A stretch of 64,000 bases of DNA from Candidatus Taylorbacteria bacterium RIFCSPHIGHO2_12_FULL_45_16 (GTDB lineage: Bacteria; Patescibacteriota; Minisyncoccia; Phycocordibacterales; PALSA-1337). Positions 9,564 through 20,072 of this stretch are shown here, piece after piece. The notes under the pieces were generated by a model that worked only from the letters and a program-made list of their open reading frames with translations, did no database searches and was not told the DNA's origin. The stretch is taken from assembly GCA_001821055.1 (NCBI GenBank), contig MHRT01000005.1:156378-220377 (forward strand), given 5' to 3'. Numbering within the stretch: position 1 is the stretch's first letter; every line of letters begins with the position of its first letter. A program made the translations under genes and the position numbers.

Positions 9564-10034
9564 ATGCTTGAATTAACAACTGGTGTGGTGTTCCTCATGT
9601 CATCTATTTATGGTTCCGGACAAAGTGATAATCACATTCAGTCGATTAATGCCACGACTGAAGCAGGACAGATTGCGACAACGACGGAAATTCGCTCATT
9701 TTCAACTTCAACGGATGTGAAAACATATCTTCATGAACAATACTTTGATACCCCGATCTTGATTGAGATCGCGCGCTGTGAGTCGGAATTTCGTCAGTTC
9801 GATAAGGATGGCAAACCGATTCGCGGTCGGGCTAACGCAGCCGATGTCGGCGTCATGCAGATCAATGAATTCTATCACGCTGATACGGCTCGCAACATGG
9901 GTATTAATATCCGCACTCTGGAAGGTAATGTCGCCTTCGGCAGATATCTTTACGAGAAGTATGGTTCAAGTCCATGGTCGGCCTCAAAGCCGTGTTGGTC
10001 TAAAGCTAAAATTGGAGACTTGGCACGGAGATAG
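9564..10034 (+). CDS. Secreted small lytic-transglycosylase-like (SLT-domain) protein
   Basis: Signal-peptide-like N-terminus. ARCESEFRQF … VGVMQINEFYH resembles the family-1 SLT catalytic ES…GLMQ motif. 156 aa. Confidence 0.45.
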   Translation: MLELTTGVVFLMSSIYGSGQSDNHIQSINATTEAGQIATTTEIRSFSTSTDVKTYLHEQYFDTPILIEIARCESEFRQFDKDGKPIRGRANAADVGVMQINEFYHADTARNMGINIRTLEGNVAFGRYLYEKYGSSPWSASKPCWSKAKIGDLARR

Positions 10035-10245
10035 ATGACGGAGACACAACACAAAAGGCCTCAGAAATGAGGTCTTTTGTGTTGATTCATCTGCGGTAGT
10101 GAATATTCAAATTGCCGACTGGATCGCTGGAGCATTGGCGAGATATCTTGAAAAGGGGAGGCTTGGAGAAAAATGTTTCAAGATTCTGAAGGAAAATATT
10201 ATCGGGGAAGGGAAGGAACTATTTAATGGAGAGGCGATTGCATAA

Positions 10246-10276
10246 ACAAAAAATCCGCCGAAGCGGGTTTTTTGTT
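10246..10276. terminator. Rho-independent terminator-like hairpin flanked by an A-run and a T-run (bidirectional)
   Basis: aaaaaatccgccgaagcgggttttttgtt: GC stem ccgc/gcgg, extendable, then a T-tract. Confidence 0.5.
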
Positions 10277-10493
10277 AGAAGTAGCGTCTCACAAGGTGGT
10301 GCTCTCCAACTCAAGCCCCAGATACTCTGAGGGAACATCGGAGCGCCTCGTAAGTTATTATCGCATACTTCTGAGATAAGAATAACAAATGGGGCACACC
10401 GTGTGTCAACTAGACATGTGAATTACTTTTAATTTGTAATAAGATGCCTTGTGCAGGAGGCGAAGATTTGACAGAATAATTGCATTTAATATA

Positions 10494-10859
10494 ATGCTAA
10501 CTATGAATATCAGCAGAGAAAATGATGAATTAGTGATTCGCCTGCCGATGGAGCAGGACGCTATTGATGCTATAGATGAAGTAGTTGGACGTGTGCCGAA
10601 TCTTATAGGAGTCATCGAGGGTGATGAACAGGGTATTCATCAGTCAATTGATATGACCTATAAAGGCAAAGATCCACAAATTGACGGCCTTCTGGTGAGA
10701 ACCTATTACTCTGACGAGGAGTTTAAAAAGAAATGCAATGAGTGGGGAATAGATGTCTTTGAATGCCCAATTTGTGCTTATTGCCGTAAAGCAATTTGGG
10801 GAACATTTACGTTCAAGAATGGAAAAGATTGTTGCTTTGATTGTGCGGAGAAAAAATAA
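10494..10859 (+). CDS. Hypothetical protein with a C-terminal CxxC…CxxC zinc-ribbon
   Basis: ORF 10449..10859; the likely start is MLTMNISREN. C-terminus FECPICAYCRK…CCFDCAEKK. No family recognised. Confidence 0.3.
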   Translation: MLTMNISRENDELVIRLPMEQDAIDAIDEVVGRVPNLIGVIEGDEQGIHQSIDMTYKGKDPQIDGLLVRTYYSDEEFKKKCNEWGIDVFECPICAYCRKAIWGTFTFKNGKDCCFDCAEKK

Positions 10860-11013
10860 TCTCTTCTATAGGAAGGAGGTTCACCTGAGATCTGTAAATG
10901 GAATAACACAACAATGCGCTCAGCTTCAATGGGGCAGGCGAGTGGCCAAAGTTGTATCTTATCGAAAGATACCATGTCGCACAATATATCTTAATATACT
11001 CTTATACCACCAT

Positions 11014-11358
11014 TCAATTTGGGATGGGTTGAGGATTCGGTATGGTTGGTGCAGAAGACCTAAGGCTATCAGGTTCGCCATCTCGGATCTTCGTCAGATT
11101 GTTAATTGCGGGGTTCCAAATCAGATCAAGAAAAATATCTTTCCAGAGGTACATAACTGGTTTCTTTAGATAGTTATTCCAAACATTGATCATAATTTCT
11201 TGGACATAGCTGAAGTTCTCTTGGCCGGCCGGAGAATTGACTATAGCGCGTATATTGAGTCCGAAATAGCTCAAAATAAGCAAAATCACAATTATAAAGA
11301 TAACCATACGAAGCAATCCTCCCCTGCCAGGATTTCTCTTTTTGATGGGGGAATACAT
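11014..11358 (-). CDS. Hypothetical small membrane protein
   Basis: 114-aa ORF with one strong TM helix (MVIFIIVILLILSYFGL). No family recognised. Confidence 0.3.
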   Translation of the reverse strand: MYSPIKKRNPGRGGLLRMVIFIIVILLILSYFGLNIRAIVNSPAGQENFSYVQEIMINVWNNYLKKPVMYLWKDIFLDLIWNPAINNLTKIRDGEPDSLRSSAPTIPNPQPIPN

Positions 11359-11436
11359 GCTAGTATTTTAGCGCATTTATGTGCACTCTAACAACATTAG
11401 TTATGCACAGACGCTATATTTTATTAATCAAAATTA

Positions 11437-12729
11437 TTATAAATACGATAATGGGTTCAAATATGCTTTTGGATCGGCCAGTGGATATAGGACGCCGGAA
11501 CAATATGAACTTGAAGATAAGTTTGTGATACGGACTCCTTCGGTTGCGTAGACCCCCAAATGAAGATGCGGACCAGTAGTAGCTCCAGTGTTGCCGCTAT
11601 AACCGATGATATCTCCCGTGATGACTGCCTGATTTTTGACGACTCCTATAAGCGACAAGTGGGCATACAGCGTAGAAAGACCATTATTGTGTTTTATCAT
11701 GATCCATTTTCCGTAAGCCCTACAACGGCCGCCTCCGGATTGGTCCATATCTCCGGATGCCACTATCACTCCACTAAGCGACGCCTTGACGGGTGTGCCG
11801 ATGGGAGCGGCAAAATCTATGCCCGGATGACTACCTGTCTTATAAATTTGAGGGTTTTTTGTAGCAAAAGCAGTATTACCAAAATATTGCGTTATACGTA
11901 CGGTATTCAACGGATAAACTAGGACTCCTGAACCGGAAGCCGGAATAAGAGTAGGATCAATGGCGATTTTCAGCTCTGCTTCCAAGCTGTCCACTTCCCT
12001 TTCAAACGCCTCTTTTTGCTGCTGACGAGTGGCTAGAAGTTTCGTGTAGTTTGTCTGATTATTTTTTGTTTCTTTCAATAAAAAATTATTTTCTTTGGCT
12101 GTTTCCATCACAATTTTCTTTTGGTCATTCAACTGCCTACCGAGCGTTGAAAGTTCGACTCTGGCTTTTTCAGTAGCTTTTTTGTTAGCCTCCAGATTGA
12201 CTTTGGATTGTTGAAGTTGCTCAATATGATCCGATAAGTTTTTTTGAATTGTGGATATTTCTTCAAGAGAATTCCAAGCGTCTGATAGTGAGTCTTTGGC
12301 GAGCAACAATTCAGGAAGTGATTTGGTGCCAAGCTCATTCATTGTCGCAAATGAACGCTCTATGATGCGCTTATTGTCCTCAATATTGTCTTCCTTGTCG
12401 GAGATCTGCGAACCTAGCTGTTGAATGACAAGATTTTTTTCAATAATTTTATTTTCAGTGACCTTGATATCCGTTTCAAGCTTCTTTTGGGTGAGTTGGA
12501 GCGATTTGATGCTTGCCGATAATGAATTTGCTTGATTGCCAAGTTCGGCTATCTGCTTTGAGTATTCGGCAATCTCCTTCTCCAGATTTTTTATGTCCAA
12601 AATACGCTGGTCAATTTTTGATTGAAGGCTGTTTATGATTGAATTTGTTTGGGCGTATGTATATGTTGAAAAAATGATTGAATAGAGAAAAATACTGATC
12701 ACGAAAGCAGAAGGAAATCTTTTTTCCAT
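11437..12729 (-). CDS. Coiled-coil M23 (LytM) family peptidase, EnvC/NlpD-like
   Basis: Signal/TM N-terminus and a long coiled-coil. The C-terminal M23 domain has HPGIDFAAPIGTPVKASLSGVIVASG and HLHLGVY. Confidence 0.8.
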   Translation of the reverse strand: MEKRFPSAFVISIFLYSIIFSTYTYAQTNSIINSLQSKIDQRILDIKNLEKEIAEYSKQIAELGNQANSLSASIKSLQLTQKKLETDIKVTENKIIEKNLVIQQLGSQISDKEDNIEDNKRIIERSFATMNELGTKSLPELLLAKDSLSDAWNSLEEISTIQKNLSDHIEQLQQSKVNLEANKKATEKARVELSTLGRQLNDQKKIVMETAKENNFLLKETKNNQTNYTKLLATRQQQKEAFEREVDSLEAELKIAIDPTLIPASGSGVLVYPLNTVRITQYFGNTAFATKNPQIYKTGSHPGIDFAAPIGTPVKASLSGVIVASGDMDQSGGGRCRAYGKWIMIKHNNGLSTLYAHLSLIGVVKNQAVITGDIIGYSGNTGATTGPHLHLGVYATEGVRITNLSSSSYCSGVLYPLADPKAYLNPLSYL

Positions 12730-12736
12730 ATTACTT

Positions 12737-14146
12737 TTAATTTCTTAATCTACTCAACGCCTCATAAAGACGCTTCAAAGACTCCTCCTTACCAAGCAAA
12801 GCTGCGGAGATAAAAGGATCGGGAGATTGTTCCTGACCAGTAAGCGCCATCCGGAGAGGCCAGAGAACATCACCTTTGCCGTTGGCCTCAACATACGGCC
12901 AAATCGTTTGTTTTATTACATTTGCCATAAAAGAATCGACAGAAATTAGTTTGAACAGATTTCCGGTCTCTATAAGATGAGTTTGGGCGTTTCGTGGATC
13001 GGGATTTTTCTTCCAAAGTAGTGACTGTTTTTCATATTCCGGCAACCGACGGACAAATGCCAATTCGCCAGATGTCCCTAACATGGCTGTGATTTCGCTA
13101 AATTTGGTGATTTTGTCACGTAACACCGGAATCAGTTTATTGAAGGTGTCACTATTTGGCACAACCCATTCCGGTAAAAACGGTCTTGCGTGTTCGGCGA
13201 AGTCAGTGTCAGACAATTTGAGGACATATTGCCGATTGAACCATTTGAGTTTTTCTTCATCGAAAATGGCACCACTTTTTTGAACGCGTTCTAGGGAAAA
13301 TTCGTCCATAATCTCTTCAATAGTTAGAATTTCCTTGTCATCGGACGGATGCCAACCGAGTAACGCGAGATAATTGACCATAGCCTCAGGCAGATATCCT
13401 TTGTTACGATACTCACTGACAGAAATGGCGCCGTGGCGCTTGGAGAGCTTGGAGTGGTCGGATGAGAGCAAGAGTGGAATATGGACATATTGAGGAATTT
13501 TAGCTCCTATAGCTTCAAAGATGAGAATTTGACGGGATGTGTTGGAAATATGGTCTTCTCCGCGGATGATGTGGGTTATACCCATTTCGTGGTCGTCTAT
13601 AACGACTACGAGATGAAATACGGGCTCATTTTCACTCTTGGCGATGATGAAATCACCAAGCTCTGTAGTGTCAAATTCAACCATGCCGCGGATAGTATCG
13701 TTAAAACTGATTTTTTTGTTGGGGTTTTTGAAACGGATAACGCTAGCTCGCAATTGATTGGTCTCAATTTTTTTACCTTCTACTGCAAACCGTTTCTTCA
13801 CTTCTTCATTTTTAGACGTCTCGTCGGAAACATAGGCGTAGCCGTCGACAATTAATCTTTGAATATATTTTTTGTAAACTTCAATCCGATCAGATTGACG
13901 AAAAAACTCGTCATATTCCAAACCGAGCCACTTCAGGCTATCAATGATATTTTCTTCATATTCCCTTTTTGAACGCTCCTTGTCGGTGTCTTCAATCCTC
14001 AAGATGAATTTGCCTTTGTTTTGTCGCGCGAATATCCATGAAAAAAGGGCCGTCCGGTATGATCCCGCATGAAAATAGCCTGTTGGTGATGGAGCAAAGC
14101 GTGTTATAACAGTCATAAGCGTATTATAGCAGAAAATTGGAGCCAA
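12737..14146 (-). CDS. gltX: Glutamyl-tRNA synthetase (true start probably MTVITRF at about 14116)
   Basis: RFAPSPTGYFHAGSYRTALFSW (HIGH-type) and KLSKRHG (KMSKS-type). 469-aa ORF. Confidence 0.85.
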   Translation of the reverse strand: MAPIFCYNTLMTVITRFAPSPTGYFHAGSYRTALFSWIFARQNKGKFILRIEDTDKERSKREYEENIIDSLKWLGLEYDEFFRQSDRIEVYKKYIQRLIVDGYAYVSDETSKNEEVKKRFAVEGKKIETNQLRASVIRFKNPNKKISFNDTIRGMVEFDTTELGDFIIAKSENEPVFHLVVVIDDHEMGITHIIRGEDHISNTSRQILIFEAIGAKIPQYVHIPLLLSSDHSKLSKRHGAISVSEYRNKGYLPEAMVNYLALLGWHPSDDKEILTIEEIMDEFSLERVQKSGAIFDEEKLKWFNRQYVLKLSDTDFAEHARPFLPEWVVPNSDTFNKLIPVLRDKITKFSEITAMLGTSGELAFVRRLPEYEKQSLLWKKNPDPRNAQTHLIETGNLFKLISVDSFMANVIKQTIWPYVEANGKGDVLWPLRMALTGQEQSPDPFISAALLGKEESLKRLYEALSRLRN

Positions 14147-14200
14147 AAATAAGACATCGGAAATACGCGATATATCTCATAAATTTTAACTTGTGAGGAG

Positions 14201-15172
14201 TTAGCCTACTGGACTGATAACCTGTCCAGTTTCCAAAAAATTGATGACGTTGTCAGCGGCAATTCTCGCCATCTCATTGCGAGTCTCTTCGCTGGCGGAA
14301 GCGATATGTGGAGTCAAAATAACGTTGGATAATTCGGCAAGACCTGGAGCTAATTTCGGTTCAAATTCAAAAACATCAAGACCGGCACCTTTGATAACGC
14401 CGTCTTGGAGAGCTTTGACCAAGGCTTTTTCATCAACAACCGGTCCTCGTGAGGTATTTATGAGATAACTGGTGGACTTCATCATATTCAGTCGTGACTC
14501 ATTCATTAGGTGACGGGTTGAATCCAAAAGCGGCACATGAAGACTGACGATATCAGATTGTTTCAAAACATCCTCTATTGTCTCCAAATATCTGGCACCA
14601 TATTCCCTTTCAATTTTTTTATTCCGAATGATATCATGGTAGATGACTTCCATATCAAACCCCCGCGCGGCAATTTTGGCCATCTGTTCACCGATCCTTC
14701 CCGCCCCGATCAACCCAATCTTCATACCTTTGATGTCATGACCGATAAAATTCATAGGTGTCCAACCTGTGTATTTCCCCGCTCGCACAAAATCGTCAGC
14801 CTCAACAATCCGCGTGGCTAGACCAAGCACGAGCGCCATAGCATGCTCAGCAATACAAAAGGCGTAGTTGCCTACGGTATTGGTTACCGCAATGCCGCGT
14901 CTTTTGGCTTCAGTGATGTCAATGTTGTCATATCCGACGGCATAATTCGCGTATAATTTGACGGTCGGTGCGGCGTCAAAGACTTCGGCGTCTATTTTGT
15001 CGGTCAACAAACAAATGACGGCGTCATACTGTTTTTTCCGGAGTGCCTCGATGATTTCGGCTTGTGTCGGAATCTGGTCTTTATCATAGATATCTATTGA
15101 GTAGCCTTTAGCTTGGAGCATATCAGAAGCCAATCTTGGAATAATACGGGTGATGTAGATTTTTTTTGACAT
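14201..15172 (-). CDS. D-isomer-specific 2-hydroxyacid dehydrogenase (glyoxylate/hydroxypyruvate reductase-like)
   Basis: GLIGAGRIGEQMAKIAARGFDMEVIYHD Rossmann motif and catalytic-domain hallmarks. The track ORF extends to 15250; the start is likelier at MSKKIYITR (15172). Confidence 0.75.
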   Translation of the reverse strand: MSKKIYITRIIPRLASDMLQAKGYSIDIYDKDQIPTQAEIIEALRKKQYDAVICLLTDKIDAEVFDAAPTVKLYANYAVGYDNIDITEAKRRGIAVTNTVGNYAFCIAEHAMALVLGLATRIVEADDFVRAGKYTGWTPMNFIGHDIKGMKIGLIGAGRIGEQMAKIAARGFDMEVIYHDIIRNKKIEREYGARYLETIEDVLKQSDIVSLHVPLLDSTRHLMNESRLNMMKSTSYLINTSRGPVVDEKALVKALQDGVIKGAGLDVFEFEPKLAPGLAELSNVILTPHIASASEETRNEMARIAADNVINFLETGQVISPVG

Positions 15173-15260
15173 AAGATGATTATAACAAAGAAAGAAACAA
15201 ATAAGCAAAAAACGAAGATACGATAATCTTCGCCTTTTCGCTTCAATCAAACTTCACTCT

Positions 15261-15767
15261 TTATCCTTTCAATCCCGCGCCAACCGCCGCTGTAGCTCTG
15301 AACAATTTCATAATGGTATTGCCTTTTGAATCTTTCAATGGAAGATCCTTTGTGTCATCAAATACCTTGTCGCCGTCGTCAGAATGAAGCATGGCGTAAT
15401 AAATGCCGCCTTCAGTTGTCGGCTTGGTCAGAGTGATCTTGCCTGTATTGATGCCCTTGTTAAAATACATCGAACCGATAATCTCGCCCGGTATGCCGGC
15501 ATTGTCCTTGTGGATGACTACCCAACCGCCGTTGGCGAGTTGTACCGAAGAGAGAAAGACAACATTGCCTGGAAATTGATCGCCCAAAACAACGCGATTT
15601 GCTTCAATTGAAGCAGTGGTATCGGTAGTGTCAATATCCGTGCCCAAATCGTCCTGGTCTGAAGCTTTGTCATTACCAAAAACCATAATACCAATGATAA
15701 TAAGAACAATAATGACGATAACAGTCACTACCCACTGCCATGTCTTGATACCTGATGATGGTTCCAT
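15261..15767 (-). CDS. Hypothetical exported/membrane-anchored protein
   Basis: N-terminal TM (VVTVIVIIVLIIIGIMVF) then an Asp/Thr-rich linker and a beta-rich domain. No family recognised. Confidence 0.35.
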   Translation of the reverse strand: MEPSSGIKTWQWVVTVIVIIVLIIIGIMVFGNDKASDQDDLGTDIDTTDTTASIEANRVVLGDQFPGNVVFLSSVQLANGGWVVIHKDNAGIPGEIIGSMYFNKGINTGKITLTKPTTEGGIYYAMLHSDDGDKVFDDTKDLPLKDSKGNTIMKLFRATAAVGAGLKG

Positions 15768-15891
15768 AATATTGTTAATTGTTTTTATAAGTTAATAAAT
15801 TCGACGAATTTAGACTGGTATTATAGCACATATCTGGGTCAAGTACGCAAGAGCCCTTGTAGTCAAGCTAGAGTAGATCTCACTAGTAAGC

Positions 15892-17025
15892 TTATTTTTC
15901 ATGCCGAAGGGCGATATCCAAAATCGCGTCAGCTATCAGTCTGGCACTATCCAATCTGGCAAAATCTTTAGCTTTTTGTTTCATAGTCTCCTTGATTATT
16001 GGTGAATTATATATGCGATCAATTTCTTCTATCACAATATGCGCGCTCAAGTTATTGTCTTCAACAACAGACGCCGCGCCTGTACGGGCATAAGCGAACG
16101 CGTTTGCCGTCTGATCATGACTGATAGAAGTTGGCAACGGGATAATAATTGACGGTATTCCCCAAGCAGCTATCTCAAATATAATGGAACCAGCGCGTGA
16201 GATGACCACATCGGCAACACCCGCGGACATGCGCAGCGCCAATTCATTCAAATAATCAAACGGATGGTATCTAAATGAATAGGGATGATCTTTGAATATT
16301 ACGCTTGTCGTGGATTTTATCTCCTCAATATTATCACGACCAGTTTGATGGATAATTTGATAACGATTGAGAAGTTCCGGCAACCCTTCAATGATGATAT
16401 CGTTTATATGTTGAGCGCCTTGAGATCCGCCTAGTATGAGGATTACTGGCGTATTCTGCTCAAGATGCAAAAACTCATGCGCGCCGTTGGAAAGTGGTTG
16501 AACTACTCCGTTGCGAACGGGACAACCCGTGAGGGCGATCAAGCCTTCTTTTTTTGGAAAATGCGCCGCCGCGTTCGGATATGAAATAGCGATCTTCTTG
16601 GCAAACTTACCGGCCCAAGCATTGACTCGACCGGGTGCGCTATCCGATTCGTGGATGATGACTGGTATATGTAATAATTTAGCCGCAAATAATGCCGGGA
16701 AACTGACATAACCGCCCTTACCAAATACAACATCGGGATATATACGATACATGCTCACAATCGCCGAAACACAACCAAAAAGTGTTTTGAAGATATCCGT
16801 GATATTTAAAATAGAAAAATAACGGCGAATTTTACCGGCGGACACGGGGACAAACTCAAGTTCATTATCAAACAGAGCCCGAGCATTGTATCTGCTTGAG
16901 GCCATATAATAGAGTTTGGGTGCGATGATTTTGCGTTCTTTGACGCGCTCATGCAAGGCCTCGACAACCGCGATGATTGGATAAAAATGGCCGCCTGTAC
17001 CTCCACCGGTAAATAGGATTTTCAT
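15892..17025 (-). CDS. murG: UDP-N-acetylglucosamine--N-acetylmuramyl-(pentapeptide) pyrophosphoryl-undecaprenol N-acetylglucosamine transferase
   Basis: MKILFTGGGTGGHFYPIIAVVEAL, the canonical MurG N-terminus; GT28 C-terminal domain. Confidence 0.85.
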   Translation of the reverse strand: MKILFTGGGTGGHFYPIIAVVEALHERVKERKIIAPKLYYMASSRYNARALFDNELEFVPVSAGKIRRYFSILNITDIFKTLFGCVSAIVSMYRIYPDVVFGKGGYVSFPALFAAKLLHIPVIIHESDSAPGRVNAWAGKFAKKIAISYPNAAAHFPKKEGLIALTGCPVRNGVVQPLSNGAHEFLHLEQNTPVILILGGSQGAQHINDIIIEGLPELLNRYQIIHQTGRDNIEEIKSTTSVIFKDHPYSFRYHPFDYLNELALRMSAGVADVVISRAGSIIFEIAAWGIPSIIIPLPTSISHDQTANAFAYARTGAASVVEDNNLSAHIVIEEIDRIYNSPIIKETMKQKAKDFARLDSARLIADAILDIALRHEK

Positions 17026-17097
17026 GAAAACATTGTAATATGAATCCGTGAATTATGCGAATGCGTGACACATAAGTTGGTGGGTTGATAAGTTGAA

Positions 17098-18210
17098 TTA
17101 CCCCCTTTCATATTTGGAAACATTGGCCACGATACCACTTGCGGCCAGGACAATGATTAAAGCCGTGCCACCGTGGGAGACGAATAACAAAGGTAGACCG
17201 GACAGTGGAATGATACCTAGCATGGCGGCCATATTCATAAATGACTCGGTAATAATGAGTACGACAATGCCAATCGCCAACAAAGCGCCGAACACATCCG
17301 GCGCTCGCACGCCAACGCGAAACGCACTTATAGCGAGAGAAAGATAAAGCGCCAATAACACCAGACTTCCGACAAAACCAAATTCTTCTGCCGCCACTGC
17401 AAAAATCGAGTCCCCTATTGGTTCAGGTAGATAACCGAATTTCTGAACGCTTTGACCAAAACCGCGACCGGAAAATTGACCGGAACCTATAGCGATCAAT
17501 GATTGGTTGACTTGATAGCCGGCACCCTGGATGTCGGCGTTGCTATTTAAGAAAGTTTGAACTCGTTGTAAAGCATATGGTCTAAACCAAATGACTCCAC
17601 TGATCACTGCCACCATTATAATGCCGGCGATTATAATATGACGCGTCGGCAATCCTGAAATAATCAACATAATAATCCCGGTAAAACCGATAATGACCAA
17701 AGTATCCGTGTCTGATTGTGTCAACAAAAACGCGCTTAGAATCGCCATCAAAACAAGATACGGTATCAAACCGAATCGAAGTTTATCTATTCTGTCTTTG
17801 GCAAAATGGATCCAGGCAGCCAGATATATAATAAAAGCTATTTTCAAAAACTCTGAAGGTTGAAAGGAAAAAAGGCCTAGATTGATCCAGCGCGAAGCAC
17901 CGCCATGATATAAGGCCAAACCAGGTATAAAAAGAAGCAGGTTAATGATGATTGCGCCAATCAACACAAAAAAAGCCATCTTGCGGATATATTGATATTT
18001 TATTTTGGAAAATACAAAAAAAGCCATGATACCTATCACCAAGCTGACGCTTTGTTTCAAAGCGACACTGCTAAAACTCACTCCTTCTTGGGCAAGCAGA
18101 CCAAGTGACGCGGACAGGAAGATAACAAACCCGACAACTGTCAGAATGGAAACAGAAAAAAGAAAGAAACGGTCAATTGGTCTGCTGTTGTGTGAATGCA
18201 TGATAATCAA
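17098..18210 (-). CDS. ftsW: SEDS-family peptidoglycan glycosyltransferase, FtsW-like (adjacent to murG)
   Basis: Ten-TM profile, typical FtsW/RodA length (370 aa). Position immediately downstream of murG. Confidence 0.75.
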   Translation of the reverse strand: MIIMHSHNSRPIDRFFLFSVSILTVVGFVIFLSASLGLLAQEGVSFSSVALKQSVSLVIGIMAFFVFSKIKYQYIRKMAFFVLIGAIIINLLLFIPGLALYHGGASRWINLGLFSFQPSEFLKIAFIIYLAAWIHFAKDRIDKLRFGLIPYLVLMAILSAFLLTQSDTDTLVIIGFTGIIMLIISGLPTRHIIIAGIIMVAVISGVIWFRPYALQRVQTFLNSNADIQGAGYQVNQSLIAIGSGQFSGRGFGQSVQKFGYLPEPIGDSIFAVAAEEFGFVGSLVLLALYLSLAISAFRVGVRAPDVFGALLAIGIVVLIITESFMNMAAMLGIIPLSGLPLLFVSHGGTALIIVLAASGIVANVSKYERG

Positions 18211-18213
18211 ATT

Positions 18214-18774
18214 TCAATGATCAAGTTGTGCGCGCTTGAAACCATCAATATCTTCCCTGACCTGAGCGTATTCCGGCAACTCTTCAATTTTTGAAATACC
18301 CAAATGAGACAGCAAATCAAGTGTCGTCTTGTAGAGAAAACTGCGGGCGTCCTTTGGATTCTCGACGCGCTCCACAAGTCCGCGAATCAAAAGATTCCGA
18401 ACAATGAATTGTGAATTGACGCCACGAATATAATCAATATCGGCACGAGTAATTGGACCTTGATAAAGAATAATTGAAAGTGTCTCAAGCCCAGCTTTTC
18501 CAAGATCCTTGGTCAATTCTTCCTTGGTCAACTGCTCAATAAGCGGCGAAAGTTCTTTGGCGGTCCCCAACATGGCTTCCTCGTCCGTTCGGACCAAAGT
18601 AAGTCCCCTGCCTCTTAAAGTATTTTCCAATTCATCTAGGCCGTTTTTGACTGTTTCGACATCTATATTCAAAAGTGCCGCAAGTTTCTTGAAAGAGACT
18701 GGTTCGGCTTTCCAAAAAAGAATGGCCTCTAGTTGTTGAGGAAAATGCATGAGTACATTATACGAGGTATTCAA
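18214..18774 (-). CDS. scpB: Segregation and condensation protein B
   Basis: Tandem winged-helix ScpB pattern (…LEAILFWKAEPVSFKKLAALL… / …ITRADIDYIRGVNSQFIVRNLLIRGLV…). Confidence 0.8.
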   Translation of the reverse strand: MNTSYNVLMHFPQQLEAILFWKAEPVSFKKLAALLNIDVETVKNGLDELENTLRGRGLTLVRTDEEAMLGTAKELSPLIEQLTKEELTKDLGKAGLETLSIILYQGPITRADIDYIRGVNSQFIVRNLLIRGLVERVENPKDARSFLYKTTLDLLSHLGISKIEELPEYAQVREDIDGFKRAQLDH

Positions 18775-18822
18775 TAAATAAAAAAGCTTTCTCTAAAAAT
18801 ATTCACAAGCTTTGAGGTAATC

Positions 18823-19545
18823 CTAATATCTTGGCACTCCGACTTCCTTGGTCTCCATGACAATATCATCAAATTCTTTCTCTTGGTTGACCTGTACAAT
18901 ACCCTCCTTGACCAATTCCAGCATGGCCAAAAAACTAACGATAATCCCGACTTTTTCGCCTTTGTGTTCGGCCGTGAACTGTTTGAAACTCATCCGCAGG
19001 CTCGTCGTTATCCTAGTCGTCAGGTTGGCGATCATCTCCTCAAGACTGATGACTTTTTGTACAATATGTTTAGGTAAATTCTCTTTTTTGGGCAGACGGT
19101 TGACCAAATCTTTCAAGAAATACAGAGCCATTTCAAGAGTGAATGTCGAATCTGGAGTAAAGATTGGATTTACATGACGGAAACGGGATTGGGGAAAAAT
19201 TATATCTCGGCCAAATAATTCACTTATTCGTCTGCTTGCCTCTTTTATCCGTTTGAAAATCTTCAGGCGAATCTCCAGATCTAAGATATCACCTTTTTCT
19301 TCTTCGGTCAGCGATAATTCCGGCAATAAAGATCTCGACTTGATTAAAAGTAATATTGAGGCAATCAGGATAAAGTGCGCTGATTCCGCCATCGGTAGGT
19401 TCTCAAACCGACGAACATGACTGATGAAATCATCAGTGACTTTGGCCAGCGAAATATCATTGATGAAAAGTCTTTTCTTCTCAATCAAATCCAAAAGCAA
19501 ATCAAGTGGACCTTCGAAACTCTGAGTTTTGACAGTGAATGACAT
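18823..19545 (-). CDS. scpA: Segregation and condensation protein A
   Basis: MSFTVKTQSFEGPLDLLLDLIEKKRLFINDISLAKVTDDF, the canonical ScpA N-terminus. Confidence 0.8.
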   Translation of the reverse strand: MSFTVKTQSFEGPLDLLLDLIEKKRLFINDISLAKVTDDFISHVRRFENLPMAESAHFILIASILLLIKSRSLLPELSLTEEEKGDILDLEIRLKIFKRIKEASRRISELFGRDIIFPQSRFRHVNPIFTPDSTFTLEMALYFLKDLVNRLPKKENLPKHIVQKVISLEEMIANLTTRITTSLRMSFKQFTAEHKGEKVGIIVSFLAMLELVKEGIVQVNQEKEFDDIVMETKEVGVPRY

Positions 19546-19653
19546 GGTTTAGGCTATTGCGCATTCAAATCGAGCTATGCGGTTACAATTATACTATCAT
19601 ACTATCAGTTAATCGATTCAACTAAATATTTATGAATACCAAATGAGCAGTGA

Positions 19654-20052
19654 CTATATGGCTACGACACAGCCAAGATCTCTCAATTTGACCGTCTCAT
19701 TTAAGAAATAATCCTTAGCGGCAAGTAGCCGCAGAGTTTCTTGACAAGCTGTCTCGTTTAATCTTTTTTGTACGCGCATTTCTTTTCTTTCAATACCGTC
19801 GAAATACGAGGCTACCGCGGATAAAGTGGCGACCTGAAAAAATAACGCACCCATAGCCAGCAACATAACGGCTGTGGTCGCGATAAATCCTTTCTCCGCA
19901 TTCTGAATTTCGTCCATCAGTTTCAAATCACGCGCGTGTATTGCGTATATATAGTTGATCATATTGGCGACAAGCATGGAAAGAAGCACGGTAAAAATAA
20001 TGACTTCAACAAACGTCACGCCCTTACTTACATTGGAATATTTTTTTAACAT
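19654..20052 (-). CDS. Type IV pilin-like / pseudopilin protein (prepilin-type N-terminal cleavage/methylation-like)
   Basis: SKG-VTFVEVIIFTVLLSMLVA resembles a class III signal peptide (G, hydrophobic, E at +5). 132 aa. Confidence 0.5.
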   Translation of the reverse strand: MLKKYSNVSKGVTFVEVIIFTVLLSMLVANMINYIYAIHARDLKLMDEIQNAEKGFIATTAVMLLAMGALFFQVATLSAVASYFDGIERKEMRVQKRLNETACQETLRLLAAKDYFLNETVKLRDLGCVVAI

Positions 20053-20072
20053 ATTTTCGGCGTGATTAGATA